From: a virus
Lineage: Duplodnaviria; Caudoviricetes
Direction: 5' to 3' (one strand)
DNA: 64,000 nucleotides
Virus record (IMG/VR): IMGVR_UViG_3300010150_000009
Location: 47,596 to 111,595 of that record
In this document: piece by piece, positions 47,203 through 56,353 of the stretch
Layout: each line of letters begins with the position of its first letter
Position numbering within the stretch: the stretch's first letter is position 1
The notes under the pieces: model-generated
The model's database searches: none
The model's input: only the letters and a program-made list of their open reading frames with translations
What the model was told of the DNA's origin: nothing
Translations under genes and position numbers: made by a program

Positions 47203-48690
47203 TTAATCGAATAGTTCGTTAAACGCTTTATTTGCGCTGTATTTTTCTTTTACAACAGGTTGCTCCATTCCCATAGGTTCTATACCCATCTCGTCTGCCA
47301 TTGCTTCAGAGGTATGTGTGCCTTGTATTCTTGCAAACCATTTGCTGTATTTTTCAATTTCTGCTATAGCATTGTTATAATCTTTATGTTTAAATACGTC
47401 ATTTACGACATCAGTAAACGTTGCTCCATTAGGAGCAACAAGTGCGGACGGATAAATTCCACTGTCGTAACACTCATTTGCTTTTTGTGTTGCTAGTATA
47501 TGCATGTAGACATTATGTCCCATTTGTAGTGCATAACTAAAACTATCCCAACTCGTTCTCCCCTCCTTTCCTATTTTATTTAAATCACCAGGACCATACG
47601 GACAAACATCTTTCATTTCAAGTAGTTCACTAATCACACTTGGTTCCCATTTAGCATCTGGATAATGTATGTTGTAGTCAAAAATTCTCGTATCCGTTGA
47701 ATATTTTTTATCATCAATAGCCTTGATCATTTTATAAGTCCAATTACCTTTACGTAAATGTTCTGTATGTATACTAGTATATATCGTTCCGTAAGCAGTT
47801 GCTAAAAAAGGCGATGCACAATCATACGACAATGTGATATTAGGATTCACTGTTTCTCGTAAATTACGTTGGAAGCAAGTTAATACAATACTCCATAATA
47901 GTTCGCCAGTTCCTAAGTAATGCATCCATTCTGTTTTTTCTAATAGGCCATCCTCTCTCATTCTAATTAAACGCCGCAATGCTATTTCAACATCGCGTTT
48001 GTTAATAGAACTTAATGCCCAACCTTCAAAGTCTGCCTTTTCTCCAGTGCTATATGGCTTTACTGCGTCATACCATTCCTCACATTGAGCCCAATTATTA
48101 CCTTGTAATACGTTAAGAAACTTTGTAGCACCTGGCTCTCTTGCTTGGGAAAAGAACTCATTGTTAATAAGAGTTCCTTGTAGACACTTTTGCCAAGTAT
48201 CAATACCATGTTTGTCAGCATGAGCAACACTAAAAGTAGGTAAATCTAATACCATAGAGTAATCAAATGTGCCTTCTAAAAATCGCAAAACTGTTTCACG
48301 AAGTTTATCAGTCTTTTGATCTACGCCATACGGTTCTAACCATTGTCCTTCCCAAACTCCTTTAGAGATTTGGAAACCACCACTGTCACCAACGAGAACA
48401 TTGTTTGGAAATGAGTCTCTGTTTCTTACCATATCTTCCTTAGGAACGAACTTTTCCAGATCCATATTAGCATGTCCTGCGGAATATAGTGCCCACGGAT
48501 ACTTAAAGTATCCTTCATCCATATTAAGAAAGTTTAGTCCTTCGATGCCGTTGGTAAACCTAGACGGAATTCTATCAGTAGGAACAAATTCCTCATATCT
48601 TTGTTTCCCTATGTATGCGGAATAGAAAGAACTAATCGCTGGCAAGTATGTTGCGTAATCTTTCTGCGTATCCCTAAAATCAGATCTCAT
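47203..48690 (-). CDS. dpdA: TGT-family DNA guanine transglycosylase (DpdA-like)
   Basis: GDSGGFQ, MVLDLP, NVLQG, GWA, HYLG, SYDCASP. Phage context with folE/queD/queE. Confidence 0.8.
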   Translation of the reverse strand: MRSDFRDTQKDYATYLPAISSFYSAYIGKQRYEEFVPTDRIPSRFTNGIEGLNFLNMDEGYFKYPWALYSAGHANMDLEKFVPKEDMVRNRDSFPNNVLVGDSGGFQISKGVWEGQWLEPYGVDQKTDKLRETVLRFLEGTFDYSMVLDLPTFSVAHADKHGIDTWQKCLQGTLINNEFFSQAREPGATKFLNVLQGNNWAQCEEWYDAVKPYSTGEKADFEGWALSSINKRDVEIALRRLIRMREDGLLEKTEWMHYLGTGELLWSIVLTCFQRNLRETVNPNITLSYDCASPFLATAYGTIYTSIHTEHLRKGNWTYKMIKAIDDKKYSTDTRIFDYNIHYPDAKWEPSVISELLEMKDVCPYGPGDLNKIGKEGRTSWDSFSYALQMGHNVYMHILATQKANECYDSGIYPSALVAPNGATFTDVVNDVFKHKDYNNAIAEIEKYSKWFARIQGTHTSEAMADEMGIEPMGMEQPVVKEKYSANKAFNELFD

Positions 48691-49421
48691 TACTTACTCT
48701 GTGCTGGAAGAATGTATCTGTATTTTGCTAATCCGCTATCTACGGTAATCTGCATTGCGCCTTTGTCGCTTAGAGACATGACTTTGTCACCAGTTAGGTT
48801 CAGTATTTTTTGTACAAACTGAACTGGCCATGACCAACTGCCTTTAAGTGCAGTGCCTACGCTAGACTCAAATGTAAATTGTCCTGCGTGTGTGCTGTGG
48901 TCACCAAATTCAAATACCAAGTTTTTGCTATCAGTTTTAACAGTAAACACATCTTCTTCTGAGTTTACTTGTGCTTGCCAAGCAAACTTTTGAATAGAAT
49001 GTACAGATGGTTCAAACTCAATATCCCATTCTGATAATTTGAACTTAGCACTTTTTAGTTTGTTTTCAATGATTTCAGCGTTCATAAATCTGTAATCGTT
49101 CTGAAAATCTCCTTCCTTATTCTCAAAATGAATGCCTGTCGGTACTACGACTCCGTTACGTTCTTGCTGATTGATCTCCAATTTTGCTTCTTCTTTGTAA
49201 GCGGGAATCTTTAGCAGGGTATCTAGTTTATTTAGATTAGGCATACCGAACGTTCCGATAAATTCAGCAATAGGATCATGTGTATCAGCAACCATAACAA
49301 CTGCTCTACCTTCCTCCATTGATTCAATCATAGTGCCTTCTTCAGTACCAGATACTTTTACAATATCTAAGAAACCTAAAGAATGCGTGTGACTAATAAT
49401 GTCTGTTAAAATGTCTTTCAT
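48690..49421 (-). CDS. Probable sliding clamp (gp45/PCNA-like)
   Basis: 243 aa near polB. GTFGMPNL, NDYRFM, and C-terminal GAMQITVDSGLAKYRYILPA resembling PCNA-like clamps. Confidence 0.65.
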   Translation of the reverse strand: MKDILTDIISHTHSLGFLDIVKVSGTEEGTMIESMEEGRAVVMVADTHDPIAEFIGTFGMPNLNKLDTLLKIPAYKEEAKLEINQQERNGVVVPTGIHFENKEGDFQNDYRFMNAEIIENKLKSAKFKLSEWDIEFEPSVHSIQKFAWQAQVNSEEDVFTVKTDSKNLVFEFGDHSTHAGQFTFESSVGTALKGSWSWPVQFVQKILNLTGDKVMSLSDKGAMQITVDSGLAKYRYILPAQSK

Positions 49422-49444
49422 ATATTACTCCTAAGTAATTGATT

Positions 49445-49473
49445 ATTATATAATATTTTGTGTATTTTGTCAA
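49445..49473 (-). promoter_or_regulatory. Sigma70-type promoter for clamp-dpdA-clpP
   Basis: TTGACA-17-TATAAT, with SD AGGAG. Confidence 0.8.
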
Positions 49474-50381
49474 GGCAACGGCTCTTGAGAAACATTTCTA
49501 AGGTATCCAAGACTTGGAGTGTCCTTAATACCTTGTGGTAGTTCGCCAGGTTTTTGTATGACTGCCCAACTAGTTCTAAATTGGTAATGGCCATCTGATA
49601 CTAAATCAAACCCATTTTTATTTGCCAATCCTTCTAATAGTTCTTTAGTCATATAGCAATAATAGTTACTCTCAAATTGTTCTGCTATTTTTGCTTGCAA
49701 ACAATCTGCGTAACTGATAAACGCTATTCCGCCAGGCAACAGTAAGTTGTAAATGCTGGCAAAGTACTTGTCTATCATATCGTAGGGCAGGTATTCGAAG
49801 TAGTTCCAACTAAAAACAAATGAAAATGTTTCCTGTGGTAATTGGCCAAAATTAGCATCTTCGTACTGATATACTCTAACTCTTCTTTTATAAACTTCTT
49901 GAAATTGAGCAGTCACTTCTTCAACAACATCTAAATCCTTACTTGCAATGAAAAAAGGATCCATGCCAGTCATATTTTTAGTCCATATATCACTACGCGG
50001 AGTTATTTCCAAACCAGGAAATTGAAAATTAATTTGCTTTTTAATGTTAGTTAAAACTAATGATTTTAATTCATCGTCCCAATGATTATCGTCTATTTTC
50101 TTTAATTTTCCATATTTTTTCACTTCATAATTATCATAACTGCGAGAAAGATTCTTTGGTTGAACATTCGAATAAAACTCTTGTTGTAGTTTTTCGTTTC
50201 CTGCATCAAGTTCTTGTTCTAATTCTATAATACTGTTTTCAAAAAGATCAAAAACATTAGTATCTAAATCAATCTTACTCTTCTTAAGAAATTGTTTAAT
50301 ATCTTTGTAGTTTTTTCTAATATCATCTGTATTGATGTTATCGAGCAACGCTTTTTCTTTAATATAATCTTTTAGTTTCAT
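49470..50381 (-). CDS. SAM methyltransferase-like protein
   Basis: C-terminal LPQETFSFVFSWNYFEY..IYNLLLPGG..NGF. Motif I is degenerate (GLEITP). Confidence 0.55.
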   Translation of the reverse strand: MKLKDYIKEKALLDNINTDDIRKNYKDIKQFLKKSKIDLDTNVFDLFENSIIELEQELDAGNEKLQQEFYSNVQPKNLSRSYDNYEVKKYGKLKKIDDNHWDDELKSLVLTNIKKQINFQFPGLEITPRSDIWTKNMTGMDPFFIASKDLDVVEEVTAQFQEVYKRRVRVYQYEDANFGQLPQETFSFVFSWNYFEYLPYDMIDKYFASIYNLLLPGGIAFISYADCLQAKIAEQFESNYYCYMTKELLEGLANKNGFDLVSDGHYQFRTSWAVIQKPGELPQGIKDTPSLGYLRNVSQEPLP

Positions 50382-53032
50382 AATTCAAATAAATCATCAA
50401 ACGTGCTTCTGGAGGTGCCCTGCCGCAAATCCCAGTTAAGAACATTCAATAAATTTCCTACTTTTTTGTCAATAATTGCTTCTTCCATTGCTGTGTGATC
50501 AAACGGAAGATCTTTGAACCACTGTGGTAGCCGTTGCTCATCAATAGGATATGCAACGCTTGTCATATTTAACGGATTGTTTCTAAGTTTGCAAACAATT
50601 GTCTTTTGACCGTCCATAATCTGCATACTGTACTTGTCGCCGTTCATAACTCGTAATGTATTCCAGTTCATTGCCGCCCTAACGTGCCCGGGCATGTTTG
50701 CCTTGCCTTGTCGTTCTTCTTTTTTTGTGTACATTGTTAAATTATTCACACGCTTCGGAGTACCTTTATCCCAGCCAGGCTTGTCGGCAAATTCATATTT
50801 AAACTCTTTAATTTTAGCAATCACTTCTGATTCCTGCACTCCTGTAAGCACATCAAGCAATAATATATTTAGAAAATCTTGCATAAACACTGGAGTATCT
50901 GATCTCTTAAGATCCATACCCATTGCTTTTACCTTACCAGGGCCATCTTGGTCTGTGCGTTTGCCTTCTAAATCATATATAAGTGCCGCGTAACGTTTTT
51001 TAGTAATATACAATCCGCTACTTGCAACAATTTCCCTGCCGCATACAATAATCTCACCTAATTCATTGTTACAATTAAATGTTTGGTTCATAAACGCTGG
51101 AAAACTTTTGTTAACCTCATCTGCTACTTTGTCGTACAACTCGATAACCGCTTCTTTATCCCATGGGATATTTCCATTGTCTATATCTTCTTTGAGAACA
51201 TTATAAGCAGAAAAATAACAAGAGTCAGTATCGCCATATATTATAGAGTCTCCTTCGTAGTCGTACTGGCCTGTTATAATTTTATTAATATAACTCGCCA
51301 TATGCTTAGTAATAGTTCTACCAGATAGCGTAGTGCTTTGCCCTAGTCTCTTATCAGAGAACCTACAGTAAGGATTAAGTAACGCACCATATAAACTGTT
51401 TAGATTAATTTTCTTAACAAGTTGCCTTTTATCCCAAAAAGCAATCTCTTCTGGAGTCTTTGCTTCTCTTAGTTTGCTTTGCATGACTTTACGTTCTGCA
51501 TACCACTTCTCCAGTAATCCTGGAATAATACCTTTCTTGTCGTTTCTAAACAATGTTCCGTTTGCTGTGAGGATAATCTTATTATCGCTATTAAATACCA
51601 TCTTGTGGACATCAAAAGCAGTCATTACTTCTATTTTACCATCTTCCCAGTCGACTGTAATCTCTACATTCTTTTCCCGACCCATTACTGCTTCGTACTC
51701 AAACGATCCAAATAGTCCTTCCCAACTGTCAGCGTGAGATTTACCATTATCTATAATAGTTTTAATATGGTTTAATGTCATTGTAGGACGTAGTTGTCCA
51801 ATAATAGTTTCGGGACTCATATTAAGTGCTCTTAAAGCAGACGGATACAGAGAGTTAATATCTACAGATCCGATCCATTTATGTAGTCCTTTGCGAGGTT
51901 TAGCAACCCAAGCACCTGCCGCTGATGTTGCTTTTTCACTATCTCTGTCTGGCTTATTAGGAACAATAAGTCCTTGGGCGTGGGCGTCATTAATAATAGC
52001 CTGTTCTGTTAACGCAACTGCTCCCATTGTTGTAGGAAGAAGCACTGTGTTTTCATGTGCCAACACATTAGCGAGGTCAATAAACTTTAGTTTCTCATCC
52101 ATACGCACAATAAGCATAACGTCTTGCCTGTTGTATTCAATAAACTTCTCAAAGTCTCTGTTATACAATTGGTCAAGTGTGCCTTCGTATGGAATTTTTC
52201 TGTCGTTTAGTTCATATTCGGATACAGTATCAAGCGAATAGGAATGCATTTCATGATATGTATACTTGCGATATAGTTCTAAATAATCTAAATGTACTCT
52301 GCCATGTAATTGATATCCTTCCTGCTTACCTCCAAACTTCTCATATTCGTATTTTTTAGGATGCAAGTTCCATAAGCAATACCGTCGAGTGTCATCTCTG
52401 CTTAACACCTTAGTAGTTCTATTAATTAAGTATGGTAAGTCATACCCTTCACTGTTCCAACCAGTGATAATATCAGAGTCTTGTATAAGATCAAGAAATG
52501 TTTCAAGTAATTTCTTTTCATCTTTATAGTCAAAGATGAAAGTGTTATCAAAGTTTTTACCAATACTGTTGCCAATATCTTCGGGCATACCTTTAGGACG
52601 TAACGCAAGTGTTATTAATTGTTCCAATTGAGACAAATAAACAGTAATAGCAGTAACAGGCGCAGTAGGATCGCTTGGCTCACTAAATCCTTTTTCCGGA
52701 TCAAAGTCTGCCTCGATGTCAACATAACAAATATTTAACTGAGGGGATTCCGCTCCAATGTAGTTTTCAGAAAGACATCTAAATATTGGATTAATATCAC
52801 TCTCATAAACCTTATTACCGCGGTTTATTTTAAGTTCTCTAGAGAACTCTTTTTTGCTTTTAGTGTGAAATCGACTTACAGGAAAGCCGTGTATAGTTTG
52901 AAATTTGCCGCGGGGGTCATCGAAATAAAAAACATATTCTACTGGAAATTCTTTATAGATGCGTTGCCCGTCGACTCGCTCAGCGACATGTATTTTGTCA
53001 TGATCTCTGTCTAGGTAAGCGTCTACATACAT
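50378..53032 (-). CDS. DNA polymerase family B
   Basis: Exonuclease DIE and GWNSEGYD motifs; SVDINSLYPS, KINLNSLYG, YGDTDS, KKRY. Confidence 0.97.
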   Translation of the reverse strand: MYVDAYLDRDHDKIHVAERVDGQRIYKEFPVEYVFYFDDPRGKFQTIHGFPVSRFHTKSKKEFSRELKINRGNKVYESDINPIFRCLSENYIGAESPQLNICYVDIEADFDPEKGFSEPSDPTAPVTAITVYLSQLEQLITLALRPKGMPEDIGNSIGKNFDNTFIFDYKDEKKLLETFLDLIQDSDIITGWNSEGYDLPYLINRTTKVLSRDDTRRYCLWNLHPKKYEYEKFGGKQEGYQLHGRVHLDYLELYRKYTYHEMHSYSLDTVSEYELNDRKIPYEGTLDQLYNRDFEKFIEYNRQDVMLIVRMDEKLKFIDLANVLAHENTVLLPTTMGAVALTEQAIINDAHAQGLIVPNKPDRDSEKATSAAGAWVAKPRKGLHKWIGSVDINSLYPSALRALNMSPETIIGQLRPTMTLNHIKTIIDNGKSHADSWEGLFGSFEYEAVMGREKNVEITVDWEDGKIEVMTAFDVHKMVFNSDNKIILTANGTLFRNDKKGIIPGLLEKWYAERKVMQSKLREAKTPEEIAFWDKRQLVKKINLNSLYGALLNPYCRFSDKRLGQSTTLSGRTITKHMASYINKIITGQYDYEGDSIIYGDTDSCYFSAYNVLKEDIDNGNIPWDKEAVIELYDKVADEVNKSFPAFMNQTFNCNNELGEIIVCGREIVASSGLYITKKRYAALIYDLEGKRTDQDGPGKVKAMGMDLKRSDTPVFMQDFLNILLLDVLTGVQESEVIAKIKEFKYEFADKPGWDKGTPKRVNNLTMYTKKEERQGKANMPGHVRAAMNWNTLRVMNGDKYSMQIMDGQKTIVCKLRNNPLNMTSVAYPIDEQRLPQWFKDLPFDHTAMEEAIIDKKVGNLLNVLNWDLRQGTSRSTFDDLFEL

Positions 53033-53039
53033 ATAATAT

Positions 53040-53068
53040 ATTATAACAGAAAACTTGTAATTTTACAA
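53040..53068 (-). promoter_or_regulatory. Sigma70-type promoter for polB (probably leaderless)
   Basis: TTGTAA-17-TATAAT, 7 nt before the ATG, no SD. Confidence 0.6.
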
Positions 53069-54175
53069 GTATTTTAACTTTCCTTCTACTATTTCTTTTG
53101 CAACAATATTTGTGGGTTTATTTTGTATTTTACTTTGAGACAGTAAGTCGTATACTTTTGTGCTAATGTTCTCAAGTTTTTCTTTTACAAGTGGATGATC
53201 CCATTCAGTTTTGAGACTGGCCGTTATATCATGTGATATATTATATGAAGAACATACTTGTACTATTCCTCCACAGTTTGCCAAATAATCAGGAACATAT
53301 AATATTTTGCGATCTTTTAATATTTGTGATGCATCGCCGAGTAACTGATTGTTTGCTCCGCCGCATATTATTTTTGCTCTTGTCTCGCTCGCAAATTGTT
53401 CAGTGATCATACCGCCTGTAGCACAAGGAGCATATATATCAACTGGAAGTTGGTTAATTTCTTCTATACTATCACACCATTGTAGACGAGACGGACTCAT
53501 GCCATCAAATTTCAATTTATTGAAACGCTCTTTTGCTTTATCATAGTTCTGCTTGTCAATGTCGTACGCATAAACTGTAAGGCTAGGTTGCATTGATGTT
53601 AAAAAGTGCGCTAAACGACTTCCTACCTTTCCTAAACCAATTATTGCTACAGATCGGTTCAATAATGCAAATGTGCTTGTGGCGTTCTTGCGGCCAGCGT
53701 AGTAGTTAAATGCTCCAGTTATTGAATTATACACTCCATAAGCAGTTGCCCATCCTGAGTCTTTACCGCGGTAACCTAACGCATATTGGGTATGCTTATG
53801 TAACTCTAACAAGTCATCTTGCGTAGTTCCTATGTCGCCAGCAGTATAGTAAATGCCGTTTAAACGATCCAATGCTTCAGCAAATGATTTCCAAAACTCT
53901 GGACTTCTTTTACCTGCTCTTGAATTAATGGTGGTTTTTCCGCCACCATAATGTAATCCTGCAAGTGTATTTTTATATGTCATTTGCCTCGATAAACGCA
54001 ACGCATCGTAGCGTTGTTCATCAAAGTCTTTATATTCCATATAACGGCAACCGCCGATAGCAGGACCTAACTGTGTGCTGTGAATGGCTATACATGCATC
54101 TAATCCGGTAGTGGAGTCAGTAGCACGTACTACTCGTTCATATCCGCCAATTGCGTAGTCAGTTAATTTAATCAC
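53063..54175 (-). CDS. Leu/Phe/Val dehydrogenase (ELFV family)
   Basis: IAIHSTQLGPAIGGCR, MTYKN, GGGK, ATAYGV, GLGKVG, APCA, GGANNQ, YVPDYLAN. Confidence 0.9.
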   Translation of the reverse strand: MIKLTDYAIGGYERVVRATDSTTGLDACIAIHSTQLGPAIGGCRYMEYKDFDEQRYDALRLSRQMTYKNTLAGLHYGGGKTTINSRAGKRSPEFWKSFAEALDRLNGIYYTAGDIGTTQDDLLELHKHTQYALGYRGKDSGWATAYGVYNSITGAFNYYAGRKNATSTFALLNRSVAIIGLGKVGSRLAHFLTSMQPSLTVYAYDIDKQNYDKAKERFNKLKFDGMSPSRLQWCDSIEEINQLPVDIYAPCATGGMITEQFASETRAKIICGGANNQLLGDASQILKDRKILYVPDYLANCGGIVQVCSSYNISHDITASLKTEWDHPLVKEKLENISTKVYDLLSQSKIQNKPTNIVAKEIVEGKLKYL

Positions 54176-54196
54176 TAGATAACCCTAGGGTTACGT

Positions 54197-54457
54197 TTAG
54201 AGTGTTTTACCAACCGACTCTAAGATGCCTTCTAATTCACCAATATCAGTAAGTTGTTCTTGCCAGTTAGATTTATATGCTGTACGAATCGCTTTGTTTA
54301 ATACAGCTGGCTTTACGCTCATTTCTTCTGCGATTGCTTTTACTGTATCTCTCAAGCCTTCTTTAAGATCGTCTACCTCTTGCAGTACGCGAGTCCCCTC
54401 GTTGACTAGTTGTGATAAACGTGCTTTTTCTTCGGGTGTGTAAACTCCTCCTGCCAT
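54197..54457 (-). CDS. dsDNA-binding protein, T4 DsbA-like
   Basis: 86-aa helical protein: LQEVDDLKEGLRDTVKAIAEE..LNKAIRTAYK. Confidence 0.65.
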   Translation of the reverse strand: MAGGVYTPEEKARLSQLVNEGTRVLQEVDDLKEGLRDTVKAIAEEMSVKPAVLNKAIRTAYKSNWQEQLTDIGELEGILESVGKTL

Positions 54458-54458
54458 T

Positions 54459-54620
54459 TTATGCCTCCGCCTTTTTGGTTGTTTTCTTTGCAGTCTTTTT
54501 TGCTACTTTCTTAGTAGTTTTTTCTTTTGCTGGTTTGGTTTCTTTTAATAAACTAGCAATTGATTTTTCAATTTTAGCAAGCCGTTCATGGACTGCCATC
54601 ATTTCTCTTTTAAGATTCAT
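54459..54620 (-). CDS. Small lysine-rich histone H1-like protein (53 aa; not in ORF track)
   Basis: MNLKREMMAVHERLAKIEKSIASLLKETKPAKEKTTKKVAKKTAKKTTKKAEA. Confidence 0.6.
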   Translation of the reverse strand: MNLKREMMAVHERLAKIEKSIASLLKETKPAKEKTTKKVAKKTAKKTTKKAEA

Positions 54621-55344
54621 CGAGTTTTTCCTTTTTTATTATGTGACTAATACCTTTTACATCTATGTATATTCCGCTTGTAAGTTCTAAGTTTTTATTA
54701 TCACCACTAAACCTACCTATTTCCTTCTCACCGCTTGGAAAATGTTTGGTTCCTTCTTCAAATAATCCATTAGTAAATTCACCGTCTAATAGAGTCTCTC
54801 TAGTCAATTCGTCAAACATAATCATTTTTCCAAATCCGTTAATAACATCGTTTTCGAATTGTCCCTCGTATATTGTTCCGTCTAACATTTCATATACGTA
54901 TACACCGTTTTTTGGCTCTCGTTCTGCTGGATGTACTTCTATCCATCCATCTTCTTGGTGGAAAATTGAAATTATGTCGTTTGCGTCTATTGTAAAAAAC
55001 CATTCAGCATTGCTTCCTATCTCAGTAGACATGATCGCGTGGGAAAAATTATTTTGTAGTATTTCGGTTATATTCTTAGTAACGCCACTTACAATATATT
55101 GAGTCCGGCCATCTTTTGCTAGTATTTTTGAATTATTTAAATGTATTTCTCTTACTCCAAGAGTTTTTTGATCAGAACAGGAAATACTTACGTAGCTTTT
55201 ATCGTCACCGTCGATTTGCAAACCCTTATAACAAAGTGTTTCTTCGTCATCTTGTAAAACTCCATAGTCTATAATTTTACCATTGAGTTTAATCTTATAC
55301 CAAGTATTAGAGTTGGGTTCTTGTTGTAATTTTATTTTTAACAT
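54610..55344 (-). CDS. Hypothetical protein with MORN-like repeats
   Basis: DGTIYEGQFENDVINGFGKM, LDGEFTNG, SGEKEIGRF. Confidence 0.65.
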   Translation of the reverse strand: MLKIKLQQEPNSNTWYKIKLNGKIIDYGVLQDDEETLCYKGLQIDGDDKSYVSISCSDQKTLGVREIHLNNSKILAKDGRTQYIVSGVTKNITEILQNNFSHAIMSTEIGSNAEWFFTIDANDIISIFHQEDGWIEVHPAEREPKNGVYVYEMLDGTIYEGQFENDVINGFGKMIMFDELTRETLLDGEFTNGLFEEGTKHFPSGEKEIGRFSGDNKNLELTSGIYIDVKGISHIIKKEKLDES

Positions 55345-55649
55345 TATATTTCAAACACCGCCTCGTAGTAAATATCATCAGATGACTTAAACGGTATATG
55401 AACATCATTTGCTGTAATAGCGTGTAATTGTATTTCTGCTAGAGCCACTTTAATATTTTCTATAACTAGATTGTGTTTTCCCTGCTCTAAGTTCACCTGA
55501 ATCTTCTCGTCTAAATAATTTCCATCTTGTTTTTTAGGCGTTACAGCTCTTTCACTAATAAGCAGGCCGTCTAACCAGATACGAACAACTGGGGGTTTAA
55601 AATCCCATTCGCTATCGATATAAAAGTGTAGTTCTGTAAGTTCTGACAT
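55344..55649 (-). CDS. Hypothetical beta-sandwich protein
   Basis: PPVVRIWLDG..GKHNLVIE. Upstream promoter present. Confidence 0.65.
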   Translation of the reverse strand: MSELTELHFYIDSEWDFKPPVVRIWLDGLLISERAVTPKKQDGNYLDEKIQVNLEQGKHNLVIENIKVALAEIQLHAITANDVHIPFKSSDDIYYEAVFEI

Positions 55650-55660
55650 ATAATGTATAT

Positions 55661-55689
55661 ATTATATATTCAAATTTGTTTTTTGTCAA
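55661..55689 (-). promoter_or_regulatory. Sigma70-type promoter
   Basis: TTGACA-17-TATAAT. Confidence 0.75.
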
Positions 55690-55692
55690 TGG

Positions 55693-56292
55693 TTATCTGG
55701 CATTTAATGCGGGAATGGCAATCTTTTCGATCCATGCGTCTCTGTCCATATCATGACTGCCTGGAGTGCCTAAACTATCAAAATCTACAGCATCAACAAT
55801 ACGATCTGCGTTTATGTTTGAGACGCTTTTTAGGGCTCTGCCTTTTAGCGTTGCTCGCATAATAGGATCTTGTGCTGGATCTTCGTCCCATATTGGATTG
55901 TCCGGATCTATAGTAAGTCTTACAATAGATATTGGTGTTTGTTTATGGTCAAAACGCATCTTACTTGCCCAGTTAATAGCATCTTCTGGATTGTCAAATG
56001 CAAATACGCCAGCATCTTCGTTATAACGTGAACCGCCTGGACCTTTTACCCAGTTACTTGGATGGAACTGCTCTAAACCTTTCTTTTTAATGTTGTCTAC
56101 ATTCTTTGTGAAAGTAACGTGAAAAAGAAAGTCTGGTAAATCTGATAATCCTTCGTAAATATCTTTAACATACTCGGTATAAGATAGACTAGGCTGATAA
56201 CCAATCTTATATTTGTTTCCGCCTTTATGCTTCTTAGTGCCACTGTTATGGTTTTTAAGCAAAGAAGAACCTACGACTTGACTCATTTTCAT
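55693..56292 (-). CDS. Late protein with possible ADP-ribosyltransferase (Tpt1/KptA-like) fold
   Basis: [38 protein letters not shown] lies 5 nt upstream of MKMSQ. Confidence 0.5.
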   Translation of the reverse strand: MKMSQVVGSSLLKNHNSGTKKHKGGNKYKIGYQPSLSYTEYVKDIYEGLSDLPDFLFHVTFTKNVDNIKKKGLEQFHPSNWVKGPGGSRYNEDAGVFAFDNPEDAINWASKMRFDHKQTPISIVRLTIDPDNPIWDEDPAQDPIMRATLKGRALKSVSNINADRIVDAVDFDSLGTPGSHDMDRDAWIEKIAIPALNAR

Positions 56293-56297
56293 ATTAG

Positions 56298-56305
56298 TAT
56301 TTATA
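56298..56305 (-). promoter_or_regulatory. T4-type late promoter
   Basis: TATAAATA. Confidence 0.6.
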
Positions 56306-56317
56306 CTCATAATACTA

Positions 56318-56346
56318 TTGACTTATTTTACGATAGCATATATAAT
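56318..56346 (+). promoter_or_regulatory. Sigma70-type promoter for guaC (probably leaderless)
   Basis: TTGACT-17-TATAAT, 7 nt before the ATG. Confidence 0.7.
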
Positions 56347-56353
56347 ATATGTT

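Noticed and set aside
47203-48690. Canonical tRNA-guanine transglycosylase Tgt
   Set aside because: It lacks the CxCxxC zinc motif and the N-terminal TPxFMPVGT, and it sits in a phage replication module, so a DNA-acting DpdA is more likely.
50378-53032. Intein or intron in PolB (also checked thyX and ligase)
   Set aside because: Lengths are normal and motifs are contiguous, with no splice-junction motifs.
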